Shown: positions 49,732 through 60,092, counted from the stretch's first letter. The stretch: DNA of 64,000 nt from Candidatus Komeilibacteria bacterium (GCA_048538275.1 JBLYPW010000003.1:15248-79247); one strand, 5' to 3'. The notes: generated from the sequence alone by a model not told the origin. Translations and numbers: made by a program.

Positions 49732-49866
49732 CCCCGTTAGAGGTTTAGATAATTTTTCAACCTATTTTTACTATAGTTTCTTCAGGTTTTATGTTTAGTG
49801 TTTTTTGTTGAACTAGATTATATGTGGTGTAGGGAAATGTATTTATAGACCAAACCTCTAATGGGG
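49732..49866. repeat. MITE-like intergenic element, copy B (135 bp), with terminal inverted repeats CCCCGTTAGAGGTTT ... AAACCTCTAATGGGG
   Basis: About 85% identical to copy A. It lies between the rpsF promoter and the htpX stop codon (49867-49869). Confidence 0.6.
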
Positions 49867-50769
49867 TTAGTTTTCAAGGTTGAAACTTTGCAGTTTTGCT
49901 ATCCGTTCTTCAATGGGTGGATGAGTTGCTAGGGCGCGGGCAAACAATTTTTTTGTATTAGCCCAGGGACTGGCAATATAGAGATGAGCAGTCGCATTAT
50001 TAGCGTGGCGTAGAGGTTGGTTTTGTTGTTTTATTTTACTTAGTGCATTGGCTAGGCCAGCGGGATAGCGTGTTAACATGGCGCCTGCAGCATCTGCCAA
50101 ATATTCTCTGCGCCGGGAGATGGCTAGTTGGATTAGTTTGGCAAACAAGGGAGATAAAATAGCTAATATAATACCAATTATCAAAATGATACCACCGGCA
50201 TTATTATTGCGATTATTATTGTGACCACCCAGGCCGTATAGACGGGTGCGTAGTAGCCAGTCCGCAACCAAAGTAATCAAACCTATGCAAACGATAACTA
50301 TCATCATCAGACGAATATCATAATTTTGAATATGAGATAATTCGTGCGCTATGACGCCTTCTAACTCTTCATTGGCCAGCTGGTCAATGGCGCCGCTGGT
50401 GATGGCGATAGAGGCGTGCTTGGGGTCGCGTCCGGTGGCAAAAGCATTGATGGCCGGATCGTTGATAATATAAATTTTTGGTAATGGCAAGCCCGCGGTA
50501 ATGCACAAATTCTCTACCATCCGATAGACATAAGCATTGTCCTGCTTGCTAATTTGTTTAGCGCCAGCAGTGGCTAAAGCTACTTTGTCACCGCCATAAT
50601 AACTACTTAAAGACAAAAGCAAGGCAATAATTATTGCCCCTAAGAAAAAAATATAACTGCCATTACCATACCAAAGACTTATTATATAACCGAGCGCGCT
50701 GATTATGATTATAAATAATAGCAGTAAAAGCCAAGTTTTACGCTTATTGGCGGTGATTGCTTGGTACAT
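49867..50769 (-). CDS. htpX: Zinc metalloprotease HtpX (M48 family)
   Basis: N-terminal TM helices are followed by the HEXXH motif HELSHIQNYD and the downstream glutamate region REYLADAAGA. Confidence 0.85.
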   Translation of the reverse strand: MYQAITANKRKTWLLLLLFIIIISALGYIISLWYGNGSYIFFLGAIIIALLLSLSSYYGGDKVALATAGAKQISKQDNAYVYRMVENLCITAGLPLPKIYIINDPAINAFATGRDPKHASIAITSGAIDQLANEELEGVIAHELSHIQNYDIRLMMIVIVCIGLITLVADWLLRTRLYGLGGHNNNRNNNAGGIILIIGIILAILSPLFAKLIQLAISRRREYLADAAGAMLTRYPAGLANALSKIKQQNQPLRHANNATAHLYIASPWANTKKLFARALATHPPIEERIAKLQSFNLEN

Positions 50770-50770
50770 T

Positions 50771-51322
50771 TTAGAACTTTATTTTTACCGGTTCTTTGCT
50801 TTCCGCTTCGGTAACAAAAAAATCGCGCGCCTTAAAGCCTAGCAGTTTAGCAATGAGATTGCTGGGAAAAGTTTGTAAGGCAATGTTTAGATCGCGGACA
50901 TTGGTATTATAAAAACGTCTAGCGGCTTGGATTTTATTTTCCGTATCAGTCAGCTCATCCTGCAATTGGAGAAAATTTTGATTAGCTTTGAGATCCGGAT
51001 AATTTTCCGATAGCGCGAAAATAGATTTGAGAGTAGCTGATAGTTCATTTTCCGCTTGAGCCTTGTCAGCTCCTTGAGCCTGCATGGCGGAGTTACGAGC
51101 TTTGATTACTTTGTCTAGTGTTTCCTGTTCATGTTTGGCATAACCTTTGACTGCCTCTACCAGATTGGGGATAAGGTCATAGCGTCTTTTTAGCTGGACA
51201 TCTATATCAGACCAGGCTTCTTGGCAGCGATTGCGCAAGTTTATCAATTTATTGTAAAGCGCGATTAACCAGATGATGACAAGCGCTATTATTATTAAAA
51301 TGTATTTTGTTATAGTGTTCAT
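50771..51322 (-). CDS. lemA: LemA family protein
   Basis: An N-terminal TM is followed by NKLINLRNRCQEAWSDIDVQLKRRYDLIPNLVEAVKGYAKHEQETLDKVIKAR, the LemA signature. It is adjacent to htpX, a common pairing. Confidence 0.8.
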   Translation of the reverse strand: MNTITKYILIIIALVIIWLIALYNKLINLRNRCQEAWSDIDVQLKRRYDLIPNLVEAVKGYAKHEQETLDKVIKARNSAMQAQGADKAQAENELSATLKSIFALSENYPDLKANQNFLQLQDELTDTENKIQAARRFYNTNVRDLNIALQTFPSNLIAKLLGFKARDFFVTEAESKEPVKIKF

Positions 51323-51331
51323 AGTTTTTTA

Positions 51332-51643
51332 TTATTCAATTGGTGGCGTTGGGACGCTATTATTATTTTGATTGGGGGCTGAGGTGGCCGGTTGTTGATT
51401 GTCTAATGGTGGCAAGGGAACTCCTGTTGTAGGGCTGTTTGGATCATTTGTTGGTGGGGAAACATTATTCTTGTCTTGATCATAACCAAGATCACCCTGG
51501 TATTTGTTAATGATGTCTTGCCCACTAGCCAAACCATTGCGATAGCCCCAATTATAGCCCCACAGGGTAAATAGTGCCAGCACTATCAGGCCGGCGATAA
51601 TGAACAGGGCAATGCTTTTGCTTGTCCAATTTGTATTGTTCAT
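51332..51643 (-). CDS. Small membrane-anchored Pro/Asn-rich protein, hypothetical
   Basis: 103 aa with an N-terminal TM and a low-complexity P/N/T-rich tail. Confidence 0.45.
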   Translation of the reverse strand: MNNTNWTSKSIALFIIAGLIVLALFTLWGYNWGYRNGLASGQDIINKYQGDLGYDQDKNNVSPPTNDPNSPTTGVPLPPLDNQQPATSAPNQNNNSVPTPPIE

Positions 51644-51739
51644 AGGATTATTTTTATCTTGTCGTATTTATGAATATATTGTATAATAAAGTCAGTAACT
51701 AGTCAAAAAAATTATTATTTTATTAGTAAAATCAAAATT

Positions 51740-53260
51740 ATGAGACAAAGCAAATTTTTACTGTTGTTTTTTGCCTTTGCTCTGCTTTTATTTTTACCGC
51801 AAGGCAGCAATGCGGCGTGGTCAGATCCAACTTGTGCTCCCCCTGGTTGCAATCGGCCACAACCAATTACAGTGGAAGGGGGTACTATTCAGTCCGGTAG
51901 TTTAAATCTGTCTAATGGCGTTCCACTTCAAGCTGGCGACATAAGTGTAGATGATTCTGGTATTACCGTAGGAGCGAAATTGGTTCCCAATGGCGGCTTA
52001 TCTGGGTATGATGATAAGTATCTTGTTTGTAGCTGGGACAGCGGTGCAGAACAATTGGTATGCACGGAAGAATCCTTAGGAAAAACCGCTCACACTTTAG
52101 CAAATGATTTATTGGTTGCTACTAATAATATTTTACTGACCAATGATGGTATTTTAAATATGACGGGGGGTAATAATAGAATTTATATAGCAGAGGGTGG
52201 GGAAGGCGTTGGTGGTTATGGTTTGTATAGCCAAGCCCACAGTATTGCAAAGGAGGTAGAGTCTATAGAGTCTTACAATAGCGCTGTTCATGGCAAGTCT
52301 GCTGACACCACTACTGCGGCTAAGTTTGTGAGTTATGGTGTAATAGGACAGGCATTAGCCGGGTCTAATAGTATTGGTGTCTATGGCACGGCGCCGGCTG
52401 CTGGTTTCGGTGTTTACGGTTATAATAGTGGCGGCGCATCTGCTACCGGTTATGCTGGTTATTATTATGGCAATTTTAAAGTGAAATTACCCCGTTCTGG
52501 TGGCTTGGGCAATGCTTTTATAGTGCAAAGTGATTGGGGCAGCGGTGTTGTGCCGCAGGTGATTACCATAGAACCTTCCAGCACCAGTGGTACGGATAAT
52601 ATTTTCTTTGATGGTGATGTTTATATTGGTGGCGATACGCGAGGCACGCATCAAATTTGTTTGAATGATAGCGGTAATGGGCAAAATTGTGTTAGTAGTT
52701 GGGATGAAGTATCTGGCCAGGGTACGGGTAATGCTGTATTCAAAACCGTAGACGTGCCCACTGGTACTGATCCGGTCGCTGATAATGCGGCTGATATTTT
52801 AACAGTTAGTGGCGATACAAATATTTTAGTTTATGGCAATGCTTCTATAGATAGCATCGGCATTTCTTTAAATAGTAGTTTGAGCAATATAGTAGCGGTT
52901 AACGGTGAAATTGATGATTATCTTTATCTTAATGGCGATGATAAGTTTGGCGTCCAAGTTTATGACGCTTTGTTGGTTGATGGTAATGTGACAGTCAATG
53001 GCTTGTCAGCTAATTGTGATAAGGTGACTACTGATGGAAATAAAATTTTAACTTGTGGCACAGATGCAGTAGATGATGCGGATAGCAGTTCAACTAATGA
53101 GATTCAGGGCTTGGGGGATGTTACTAAAATAGATAGCATGACTAAAGACGACATTACTACCGGCTCTATTACTATTAATTCTGCTACGGGACAACTATGC
53201 ATTGGTACTACGTGTATGACGGAGTCTGATTTGATAGATCTTCTTAAGTTACTTAAATAA
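51740..53260 (+). CDS. Secreted Gly/Tyr-rich beta-rich protein, hypothetical (possibly pilus- or surface-associated)
   Basis: Has a signal peptide (LLLFLPQGSNA/AW), GVYG/GYNSGG/GYAGYYYGN Gly-Tyr repeats and a C-terminal Cys pair. It is the first gene of the plus-strand block that leads into the pil operon. Confidence 0.5.
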   Translation: MRQSKFLLLFFAFALLLFLPQGSNAAWSDPTCAPPGCNRPQPITVEGGTIQSGSLNLSNGVPLQAGDISVDDSGITVGAKLVPNGGLSGYDDKYLVCSWDSGAEQLVCTEESLGKTAHTLANDLLVATNNILLTNDGILNMTGGNNRIYIAEGGEGVGGYGLYSQAHSIAKEVESIESYNSAVHGKSADTTTAAKFVSYGVIGQALAGSNSIGVYGTAPAAGFGVYGYNSGGASATGYAGYYYGNFKVKLPRSGGLGNAFIVQSDWGSGVVPQVITIEPSSTSGTDNIFFDGDVYIGGDTRGTHQICLNDSGNGQNCVSSWDEVSGQGTGNAVFKTVDVPTGTDPVADNAADILTVSGDTNILVYGNASIDSIGISLNSSLSNIVAVNGEIDDYLYLNGDDKFGVQVYDALLVDGNVTVNGLSANCDKVTTDGNKILTCGTDAVDDADSSSTNEIQGLGDVTKIDSMTKDDITTGSITINSATGQLCIGTTCMTESDLIDLLKLLK

Positions 53261-53276
53261 TGTTTTGTTTTTTTAG

Positions 53277-54743
53277 TTGATGAAAATTATCACTCACATT
53301 TTTCACTATTTATTAATTTTGGTTTTGGGTTTGGCAGCGATTGTTTGGTGGTTGATTGCCAGCCAGCCCAGTATTCAGGCTGCCTTGGATAATGGCGAGA
53401 TTACGGGTTGGGGATGGACTGATACAGTGGGTTGGATATCTTTGAATTGTGAAAATGTTTATGCCGGTGAAAATCAAGGCCAATTAAGCAGTCATTGTGA
53501 TGACAGCAATTATGGCGTGATTATTGATCCAGATAGCGGTGCTATTTCTGGCCAAGCTTGGTCTTCCAATATAGGTTGGATTGATTTTAATCCAACGGTC
53601 GGTGAGTCTAGTATTGGCTCTCTACCTACCATAACCGGCGGCGATGATTTTGCTTATCCCGTAGCCATGGATTCGGATACTAAGGAATTGTCAGGTTGGG
53701 CGGTGGCTACTTTTTCTGATTTTGATCCCAATAATAATGCCTGGATACGATTTAGAGCGGGTAATACTTGTGATACTAGTGTGACGCCGGCAGAGGATAC
53801 TTATTGTGTGCGGCAGAATGACGCCGGTTATCTCGTTGGCTGGGCGTGGAGTGGTGGTGACAATGGTTTGGGTTGGATTCGTTTTGAGCAGACTTTTTCC
53901 GGTGGCCCTTATGTGAAAACAGAATATAGCGACGTATATAGCGGCGGCGATATCAGAGGCTCTCGTGCGCCAGAAGGCGAGTATAATGCTACTTATTGTA
54001 TTATTTCTCAGAGTTCTGCCAGCAATATCACCTTATCCAGTAGCAAAGCTTGTTTGGTAGGCAATATTGATTTAGATTTTCCCAGCACTACCAATACCTA
54101 TAGCACGTCTATAGTAGAGATTGATTTAGATGATTTGTCGTCTCAAGCCACTAACAATGACACTTATTTTGATATTACCGAGGGTACGAGTTATGACATT
54201 AGTCAAAATTTATTAAATAATGGAGCTTTGAATGGAGCGGTTTATTATTTTACCAGTAGCGATGATAGCGTCAGTCAGTGGCGTTTATCAGAGGCGCGAG
54301 CTTTTAGTGATGCGGTGGGCCCAAATATTAGTGGCGAGGGAACTATAGTAATAGATGGCGATTTGTATATTGATCAAGCTTTGACTTATAACCCCGGTAC
54401 GCCTAGCGACCTCAGCCAGATTGCCTCAGTGGCTTGGATTGTTTTGGGCAATGTTTACATTGATCCTGCCGTTAGTGAAGTGGTTGGCACCTATGTGTTA
54501 TTGGGTGATGGCACTATTGCCAGCGGCAAATTATTTACTGGTGATGATTCTTCTTTAAACGACGGTGTCGGTAATCAGTTAGTATTTTCTGGCATGGTGA
54601 TAGCTAAAGAGATAGATTTTCAACGTAAATATTTTGTTGGTTTGAAAGCAGCGGAGGTATTTAGTTATGATGGTCGTACCTTGGTAAATACGCCCCCTGG
54701 TTTGCAAAACTTAGCTGGCTATCTGCCCAGTTGGAATAGGTAG
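53277..54743 (+). CDS. Membrane-anchored W-repeat extracellular protein, hypothetical (candidate pilus-associated adhesin)
   Basis: An N-terminal TM is followed by five GW-containing repeats of about 45 aa (GWGWTDTVGWISLNCEN, SSNIGWIDFNP, GWAVATFSDFDP, AWIRFRAGNTC, GWAWSGGDNGLGWIRFEQ). Confidence 0.5.
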   Translation: MMKIITHIFHYLLILVLGLAAIVWWLIASQPSIQAALDNGEITGWGWTDTVGWISLNCENVYAGENQGQLSSHCDDSNYGVIIDPDSGAISGQAWSSNIGWIDFNPTVGESSIGSLPTITGGDDFAYPVAMDSDTKELSGWAVATFSDFDPNNNAWIRFRAGNTCDTSVTPAEDTYCVRQNDAGYLVGWAWSGGDNGLGWIRFEQTFSGGPYVKTEYSDVYSGGDIRGSRAPEGEYNATYCIISQSSASNITLSSSKACLVGNIDLDFPSTTNTYSTSIVEIDLDDLSSQATNNDTYFDITEGTSYDISQNLLNNGALNGAVYYFTSSDDSVSQWRLSEARAFSDAVGPNISGEGTIVIDGDLYIDQALTYNPGTPSDLSQIASVAWIVLGNVYIDPAVSEVVGTYVLLGDGTIASGKLFTGDDSSLNDGVGNQLVFSGMVIAKEIDFQRKYFVGLKAAEVFSYDGRTLVNTPPGLQNLAGYLPSWNR

Positions 54744-54774
54744 AGTTTGCTCAATTAGTTAGAAAATTTATAAG

Positions 54775-55932
54775 TTGGTAATTTTCAAGATGGGACTTTT
54801 CTCCAAAACAAAAACTTATGTCGGCGTTGATGTTGGTACCGCTAGTATTAAATTGGTACAATTAACACACGATGGAAAAAATATTAAGCTGGATACTTTT
54901 GGTTATGTTGATGTAGCCAATGATATTATTCATGACAATACTCCGGAAAGTAAAACTAAGTTAATTAGCGTTCTGAAGTCTTTGCTTGCCAAAGCGGGTG
55001 TTACCAGTAAGCAAGCCATTGCTGCTTTACCTACTTTTGCTGTTTTTACTTCAATTATAAATTTACCGAAACTGCCTGGTAAAGAATTAACGTCGGCTAT
55101 TAATTGGGAGGCAAAGAAATATATTCCCTTGCCGTTGGAAGAAATGGTATTGGACTGGAAGATGGTAGATAATGATTTGGCGGAGGAAAAGAAAAAAGAT
55201 GATGGTTGGCAGCTGTTTAAAAAGAAGGAAGAAAATGCGGATAGTATCACGTCCGAACAACCAGAAGTCAAAGACAAGATTATTTCTAAACAGCAGGATT
55301 ATATAAAAGTTTTGATAACCGCCGCGCCCAAAAGTTTGGTGAATAAATATGTAGAAGTTTTTCAAGGCGCGGGATTGAATTTGGTATCTTTGGAAACCGA
55401 GGCCTTTGCTTTGAGCAGGTCTTTATTGCCGCAAGATGGCCAATTGGCTATGATCGTGGATATTGGTTCTATTACCACGGATATTTGCGTGATCGCCAAC
55501 CGCATTCCCGTATTAAATCGTAGTATAGATGTAGGCGGCTTGACTATCACCAAAGCGATTGCCGCTAGCTTAAATGTCAGCCAAGAAAGAGCAGAGCAGT
55601 TTAAGCGGGACTTTGGTTTGGTTTTGGGCGAAGCACAACGTGGTATTCCCAAAACAATTGAAGCTTCACTGGGCCCGATTATCAATGAAATAAAATATGT
55701 TTTTGATATGTATCGTAGCCAATCGGCGCGCGGTATAGAGAAAATTTTATTAGCTGGCGGTTCTTCAGAATTGCCTAATTTGACTGATTATTTTGGTAAT
55801 TTATTCAAAGTGCCTATTTATATTGGCAATCCTTGGGTAGATTTACAATATGCTGATGAGCTGCAACCCATGCTTGATCAGATCGGTACCCGCATGGCAG
55901 TGGCCATTGGCTTGGCACGGCGTGATCTGTAA
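54775..55932 (+). CDS. pilM: Type IV pilus assembly protein PilM (actin-like ATPase fold)
   Basis: YVGVDVGTASIKLVQL is the N-terminal phosphate-1 motif. The protein is 385 aa and lies upstream of pilN/pilO. Confidence 0.75.
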   Translation: MVIFKMGLFSKTKTYVGVDVGTASIKLVQLTHDGKNIKLDTFGYVDVANDIIHDNTPESKTKLISVLKSLLAKAGVTSKQAIAALPTFAVFTSIINLPKLPGKELTSAINWEAKKYIPLPLEEMVLDWKMVDNDLAEEKKKDDGWQLFKKKEENADSITSEQPEVKDKIISKQQDYIKVLITAAPKSLVNKYVEVFQGAGLNLVSLETEAFALSRSLLPQDGQLAMIVDIGSITTDICVIANRIPVLNRSIDVGGLTITKAIAASLNVSQERAEQFKRDFGLVLGEAQRGIPKTIEASLGPIINEIKYVFDMYRSQSARGIEKILLAGGSSELPNLTDYFGNLFKVPIYIGNPWVDLQYADELQPMLDQIGTRMAVAIGLARRDL

Positions 55933-55938
55933 AATATT

Positions 55939-56790
55939 ATGGTAGATTTTTTAGATAAAAAAGATAATAAAAAAATAGAAAAATCTGACACTAAAGGATG
56001 GTCAGCTCGTTTATTGCAGCCATTGCATAAAAAAGATCAGGCTGGTAAAGATTTGACTGTTGATTTATTAGCTGCCGGACAAGGTCAGGCCGGCGCGGAT
56101 AAAATAAAAAAACCAGCACCCAAGCAAAATAAAAATGCCGCTGATGATAAGGGGGCAAAGTTAAAAGTAAAGGCCGCCCCAACAAGTCGGCCAAAAGATG
56201 ATGACGATGAAGAGGGTGGTTTTGAGGTCAATTTGTTGCCCGCCAGTCTTGGTTTTCAGTCCAATAAAAAAATATTTTTACAATTGGCCGGATGGGCTTT
56301 GTTGGCTATTTTAGTGGTGGCTGGGATATCTATAATTATTTCTATTTATGGGCAGTCTATCAGTGATGAGGCCATCAGTTTGCAAGAGGAAATAGATTAT
56401 CTAGATGCGCAAAGTCGCCAATACAATCAAGCCTTGGCTTTAGGCACTACTTTGGAGACCAAAGCAACAGCCGTTGACACATTATTACGGTCTCACATTT
56501 ATTGGACAAATTTTTTTACTGCTTTAGAAAAAGTAACCTTACCCAAAGTTTATTATCAAGGTTTTACTGCTAGTATTATTAGCTTGGATATAAATTTAAG
56601 TTCTTTTGCTCCTACTTTTACCGATGTAGCCAGACAATTAGTAGCTTATGAAAAATTTCCCCAAGTATTCAGTAATTATAGTGTCAGTGAAGCTTCTTTG
56701 AGTAAAGGAGTGGGTGTAAATTATACAGCTCGCGTGACATTGGATCCCACCTTATTTTACGATGCAGCTTTTATTATCACACCAAAATAA
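55939..56790 (+). CDS. pilN: PilN-like type IV pilus assembly protein with basic N-terminal extension
   Basis: EVNLLPASLGF and a single TM (LAGWALLAILVVAGISIIISI) are followed by a coiled-coil periplasmic part. The gene is positioned after pilM. Confidence 0.55.
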   Translation: MVDFLDKKDNKKIEKSDTKGWSARLLQPLHKKDQAGKDLTVDLLAAGQGQAGADKIKKPAPKQNKNAADDKGAKLKVKAAPTSRPKDDDDEEGGFEVNLLPASLGFQSNKKIFLQLAGWALLAILVVAGISIIISIYGQSISDEAISLQEEIDYLDAQSRQYNQALALGTTLETKATAVDTLLRSHIYWTNFFTALEKVTLPKVYYQGFTASIISLDINLSSFAPTFTDVARQLVAYEKFPQVFSNYSVSEASLSKGVGVNYTARVTLDPTLFYDAAFIITPK

Positions 56791-57494
56791 TGGTAGAACA
56801 AAAAGAAAAAAATGAGGTCAGTGTTTTGAATATAACTCTCAATAAGTATAAGAGTATTTTTGCTATCGTGACAGTGGTAATTATTGTTTTGGTTGGAGCT
56901 GTCTTGGTGTGGTGGCCGGCTTGGCAAACTATCAATCATGATAATCAAAACCGAGTGCCCCAGTTACGCGCGGATCGCGACAGTAAAGCCAATTATTTAC
57001 AACAATTGAAAAGACTTGACCAACGTTTACAAACTTTGCAACGATCAGGAGATGATTCTATTGCTGTATTAGACGAGATATTGCCTAGCCAGGCTTCCGC
57101 GCAGTTACTTTTTGTAGCCATAGAAAATATGGTACAGCAAGCCGGCTTTGCTATGCAGAAAATCACCGTCACTGAATCCAAAACAGATATTAATGATTTG
57201 GCAGAATTTCAGACGCAAGATTTTATGAGTTTACCCGCCTTACCAGATCAGGTGAAAGCTTTGGATGTCAACATTATAGTGGAAGGCGGTGGTTATAATC
57301 AGTTTAAAAATTTATTGGCCAGAATTGAGCGCGATAGTCGTTTATTTAATATCATTACAGTAAATTTTGCGGCTTTGTCTGATCGGGGATATGTTAATGA
57401 GCAAGGTGATGAGGTGGCTAGTAAACAATATTCTTTTAATTTGCGGACTTATTATTTGAGTGATAACAATGCTGAAGCAAAAGGGACCAAGTAA
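56790..57494 (+). CDS. pilO: PilO-like type IV pilus assembly protein
   Basis: A single TM near the N-terminus is followed by a coiled coil (YLQQLKRLDQRLQTLQ). The start overlaps the pilN stop (ATAATG). Confidence 0.5.
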   Translation: MVEQKEKNEVSVLNITLNKYKSIFAIVTVVIIVLVGAVLVWWPAWQTINHDNQNRVPQLRADRDSKANYLQQLKRLDQRLQTLQRSGDDSIAVLDEILPSQASAQLLFVAIENMVQQAGFAMQKITVTESKTDINDLAEFQTQDFMSLPALPDQVKALDVNIIVEGGGYNQFKNLLARIERDSRLFNIITVNFAALSDRGYVNEQGDEVASKQYSFNLRTYYLSDNNAEAKGTK

Positions 57495-57804
57495 AAAGAA
57501 AAATATTATATTGATATCTATTTTAGGCATCTCTGTTTTGGGTATTGTTTTTATGCTCTGGCAGCAAAGCGCCCCGGTAAGCGTTCCAGAAGTGGAAGAG
57601 GGCGGATCCTTGTCTACTGATTTTATTCTCAATCGTAAGATAAAAAAAGTAAAATCTATTTTACAGTCTTTGGATTTTCCTTTTATAGAATATGATGTTT
57701 ATAAAAGACTGAGCAAACCAGTGCCAGTACCCGAGGTGACAGACGATGAGGTGGGCAATGATTTACCTTTTCAGATACAAGAATTTTTTCCTCAATCTTT
57801 TTAA
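57460..57804 (+). CDS. Small membrane-anchored protein in the pil operon (PilP-like position), hypothetical
   Basis: 114 aa with an N-terminal TM and a P/V-rich linker. It overlaps the pilO 3' end. Confidence 0.35.
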   Translation: MITMLKQKGPSKKKNIILISILGISVLGIVFMLWQQSAPVSVPEVEEGGSLSTDFILNRKIKKVKSILQSLDFPFIEYDVYKRLSKPVPVPEVTDDEVGNDLPFQIQEFFPQSF

Positions 57805-57813
57805 ATTATAATT

Positions 57814-59589
57814 ATGGTAAATAAAGTAACAAAAGATAGTCCTTTATTGGATAAGCTTTTGGAGAAAGGCTTGATAAGTAGCCAGCAGTACAGTGAAGTG
57901 ATGGCTAAAAAAGAAGCCGGCAATGCTTCGGTAGAAAGAATTTTACAAGAAGCTCAGCTGGTGAGCGAGGAAGAGCTGACTCGTGCCAAGGGAGAGGTTT
58001 TGAATGTGCCTTATGTTGATTTGCATGAGGCGGTTATCAATCAGCAGGATTTACGTTTTTTGCCTCAAAATTTGGCGCAAAATTATCAGATGATAGTTTT
58101 TGCTATTAAAGATAATCAATTGCAAGTTGGCTTGGTAGATCCGACCAATTTTCAAGCCCTAGAAGTTGTAGAATATTTAGCACGCAAAAATAATTATAAA
58201 GTAAAATATTATATTATTTCTCGCAGTGGGTTTGTTTGGGCTAGCAAAAAGTATGAATCATTGAAACAGGAAGTAGGTGAAGTACTGGGTGAAGCGGAAG
58301 AAAAATTTTCTCAGCGTCGCTCGGTAGCCAAAGGCATTAAATTGGATAAGGTAGAAGGTGATTTGGAAGATATTATTAAGTCTGCACCGGTATCAAAGAT
58401 GGTTTCTGTTATTATCCGTCACGCCGTGGAAGGCAAGGCTTCTGATATTCATATTGAGCCGGTTGGTGACGGTTCTCGCGTGCGTTATCGTATTGATGGC
58501 ATTTTGCATACTTCTTTAACCTTGCCCGAATATGTTCATTCCGCGATCGTAACGCGTATCAAAGTATTGTCAAATTTAAAAATTGATGAAACTCGTATAC
58601 CTCAGGATGGTCGTATCCGGCTTGATATCAATGATCGTGATGTGGATTTTCGTGTTTCCACTATTCCGCTGGTCGGTAAAGAAAAGGTAGTGATGCGTAT
58701 TTTAGAATCTCCGGACAAAGCTCCCACCTTGGAAGATCTTGGATTTATTGGCCATTATGCCACCATTCTCAAGCGGGAATTAAAAAAACCAAACGGTCTG
58801 TTTTTGGTGACTGGACCAACTGGGTCTGGTAAATCAACCACCTTATTTGCCACTTTAGATATTTTAAATCGTGAAGAGGTCAATATATCTACGCTGGAGG
58901 ATCCGGTTGAGTATTTTGTGCCGGGCGTCAATCAATCACAGGTGCATCCTGAAATCGGTTATACTTTTGCTTCTGGTTTGCGTTCTTTATTGCGTCAGGA
59001 TCCGGATATTGTCATGGTGGGTGAGATTCGTGATGGTGAAACGGCAGAGCTAGCCATACACGCTGCTTTGACCGGTCACTTTGTATTATCCACTTTGCAT
59101 ACCAATGACGCTCCCGGAGCTATTCCTCGTTTTCTTGATATGGGAGCAGAATCATTTTTATTGGGTTCAACTTTAAATGTTATTATAGCGCAACGTTTGA
59201 TTCGTAAAATTTGTGATAAATGTAAAGAGGAAATTCAAATTCCACCCGAGGCTATGGCTGAGGTGAAGGCGGAGGTTAGTAAGATCAAACCGGAGTATCG
59301 TTATGATGGTATTGATTTGGATAATATGAAATTTTATAAAGGCAAGGGTTGCCATTATTGTGGTGATACTGGCTATAAAGGACGTTTTGCCATTGCTGAG
59401 TTGATTGCCATAAATCAGACGATGCGCGAAATTATTACGGAGGAGTTTGATCAGGAAGCTTTAGAAAAAGAATTAGAGCGTCAAGGATTTTTCCCTATGA
59501 AAACGGATGGTTTTATGAAAGCATTGCTGGGCATTACTACCGTGGAAGAGATATTGCGCGTTACTCGTCAAGAAGAAGCAAAAGATTAA
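57814..59589 (+). CDS. pilB: Type IV pilus assembly ATPase PilB (paralog 2, inside the pil operon)
   Basis: Has an N-terminal GSPII_E_N domain, Walker A GPTGSGKSTT, the EDPVEY motif, Walker B DIVMVGEIRD, the His box GHFVLSTLHT, and the zinc motif CDKCKEE...CHYC. Confidence 0.9.
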   Translation: MVNKVTKDSPLLDKLLEKGLISSQQYSEVMAKKEAGNASVERILQEAQLVSEEELTRAKGEVLNVPYVDLHEAVINQQDLRFLPQNLAQNYQMIVFAIKDNQLQVGLVDPTNFQALEVVEYLARKNNYKVKYYIISRSGFVWASKKYESLKQEVGEVLGEAEEKFSQRRSVAKGIKLDKVEGDLEDIIKSAPVSKMVSVIIRHAVEGKASDIHIEPVGDGSRVRYRIDGILHTSLTLPEYVHSAIVTRIKVLSNLKIDETRIPQDGRIRLDINDRDVDFRVSTIPLVGKEKVVMRILESPDKAPTLEDLGFIGHYATILKRELKKPNGLFLVTGPTGSGKSTTLFATLDILNREEVNISTLEDPVEYFVPGVNQSQVHPEIGYTFASGLRSLLRQDPDIVMVGEIRDGETAELAIHAALTGHFVLSTLHTNDAPGAIPRFLDMGAESFLLGSTLNVIIAQRLIRKICDKCKEEIQIPPEAMAEVKAEVSKIKPEYRYDGIDLDNMKFYKGKGCHYCGDTGYKGRFAIAELIAINQTMREIITEEFDQEALEKELERQGFFPMKTDGFMKALLGITTVEEILRVTRQEEAKD

Positions 59590-59601
59590 TAATATTAGCT
59601 T

Positions 59602-59979
59602 ATGAACAATAAAGAAACAATTTTATTAATAGAAGACGATAGCTTTTTATTGCAAATGTATGCCACCAAATTAGAGCTGGCAGGCTTTGCTGTGGAAGTG
59701 GCTAGCGATGGCGCTAAGGGATTACAAATGGCCGGCAAGATTTTACCCGATTTAATACTATTAGACTTGATCATGCCCAAGATGGATGGTTTTGTGGTAT
59801 TGGAGGCTTTGAAGAAGAATGATAACACTAAAGATATACCCGTGATTATCTTGACCAATTTAGGACAACGGGAGGATGTACAAAAGTGTTTGGCTATGGG
59901 AGCGGTGGATTATATGATTAAGGCGCATTATGTTCCGGCTGAGGTGGTGAGCAAGATTAGAGCGGTATTGGGCCAATAA
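59602..59979 (+). CDS. Stand-alone CheY-like response regulator receiver (PilH-like)
   Basis: LLIEDDSFLL carries the acidic pocket, DLILLDLIMPKMDG carries the phospho-acceptor Asp, and ILTNLGQ and K in MIKAHY are present. There is no output domain. Confidence 0.8.
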   Translation: MNNKETILLIEDDSFLLQMYATKLELAGFAVEVASDGAKGLQMAGKILPDLILLDLIMPKMDGFVVLEALKKNDNTKDIPVIILTNLGQREDVQKCLAMGAVDYMIKAHYVPAEVVSKIRAVLGQ

Positions 59980-60009
59980 TAAATTATGAATGATACGGAT
60001 GATAACTCT

Positions 60010-60045
60010 GCCCCGCCCCGTCAGCTTGAGCTGACGGGGCGGGGC
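60010..60045 (+). terminator. 16-bp perfect hairpin GCCCCGCCCCGTCAGC-TTGA-GCTGACGGGGCGGGGC after the receiver gene
   Basis: GC-rich stem in an AT-rich context. Confidence 0.55.
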
Positions 60046-60092
60046 AAGCTAATAAGTTTTAGATTTTAATTATTTAATTTTTTTATAGGCAC

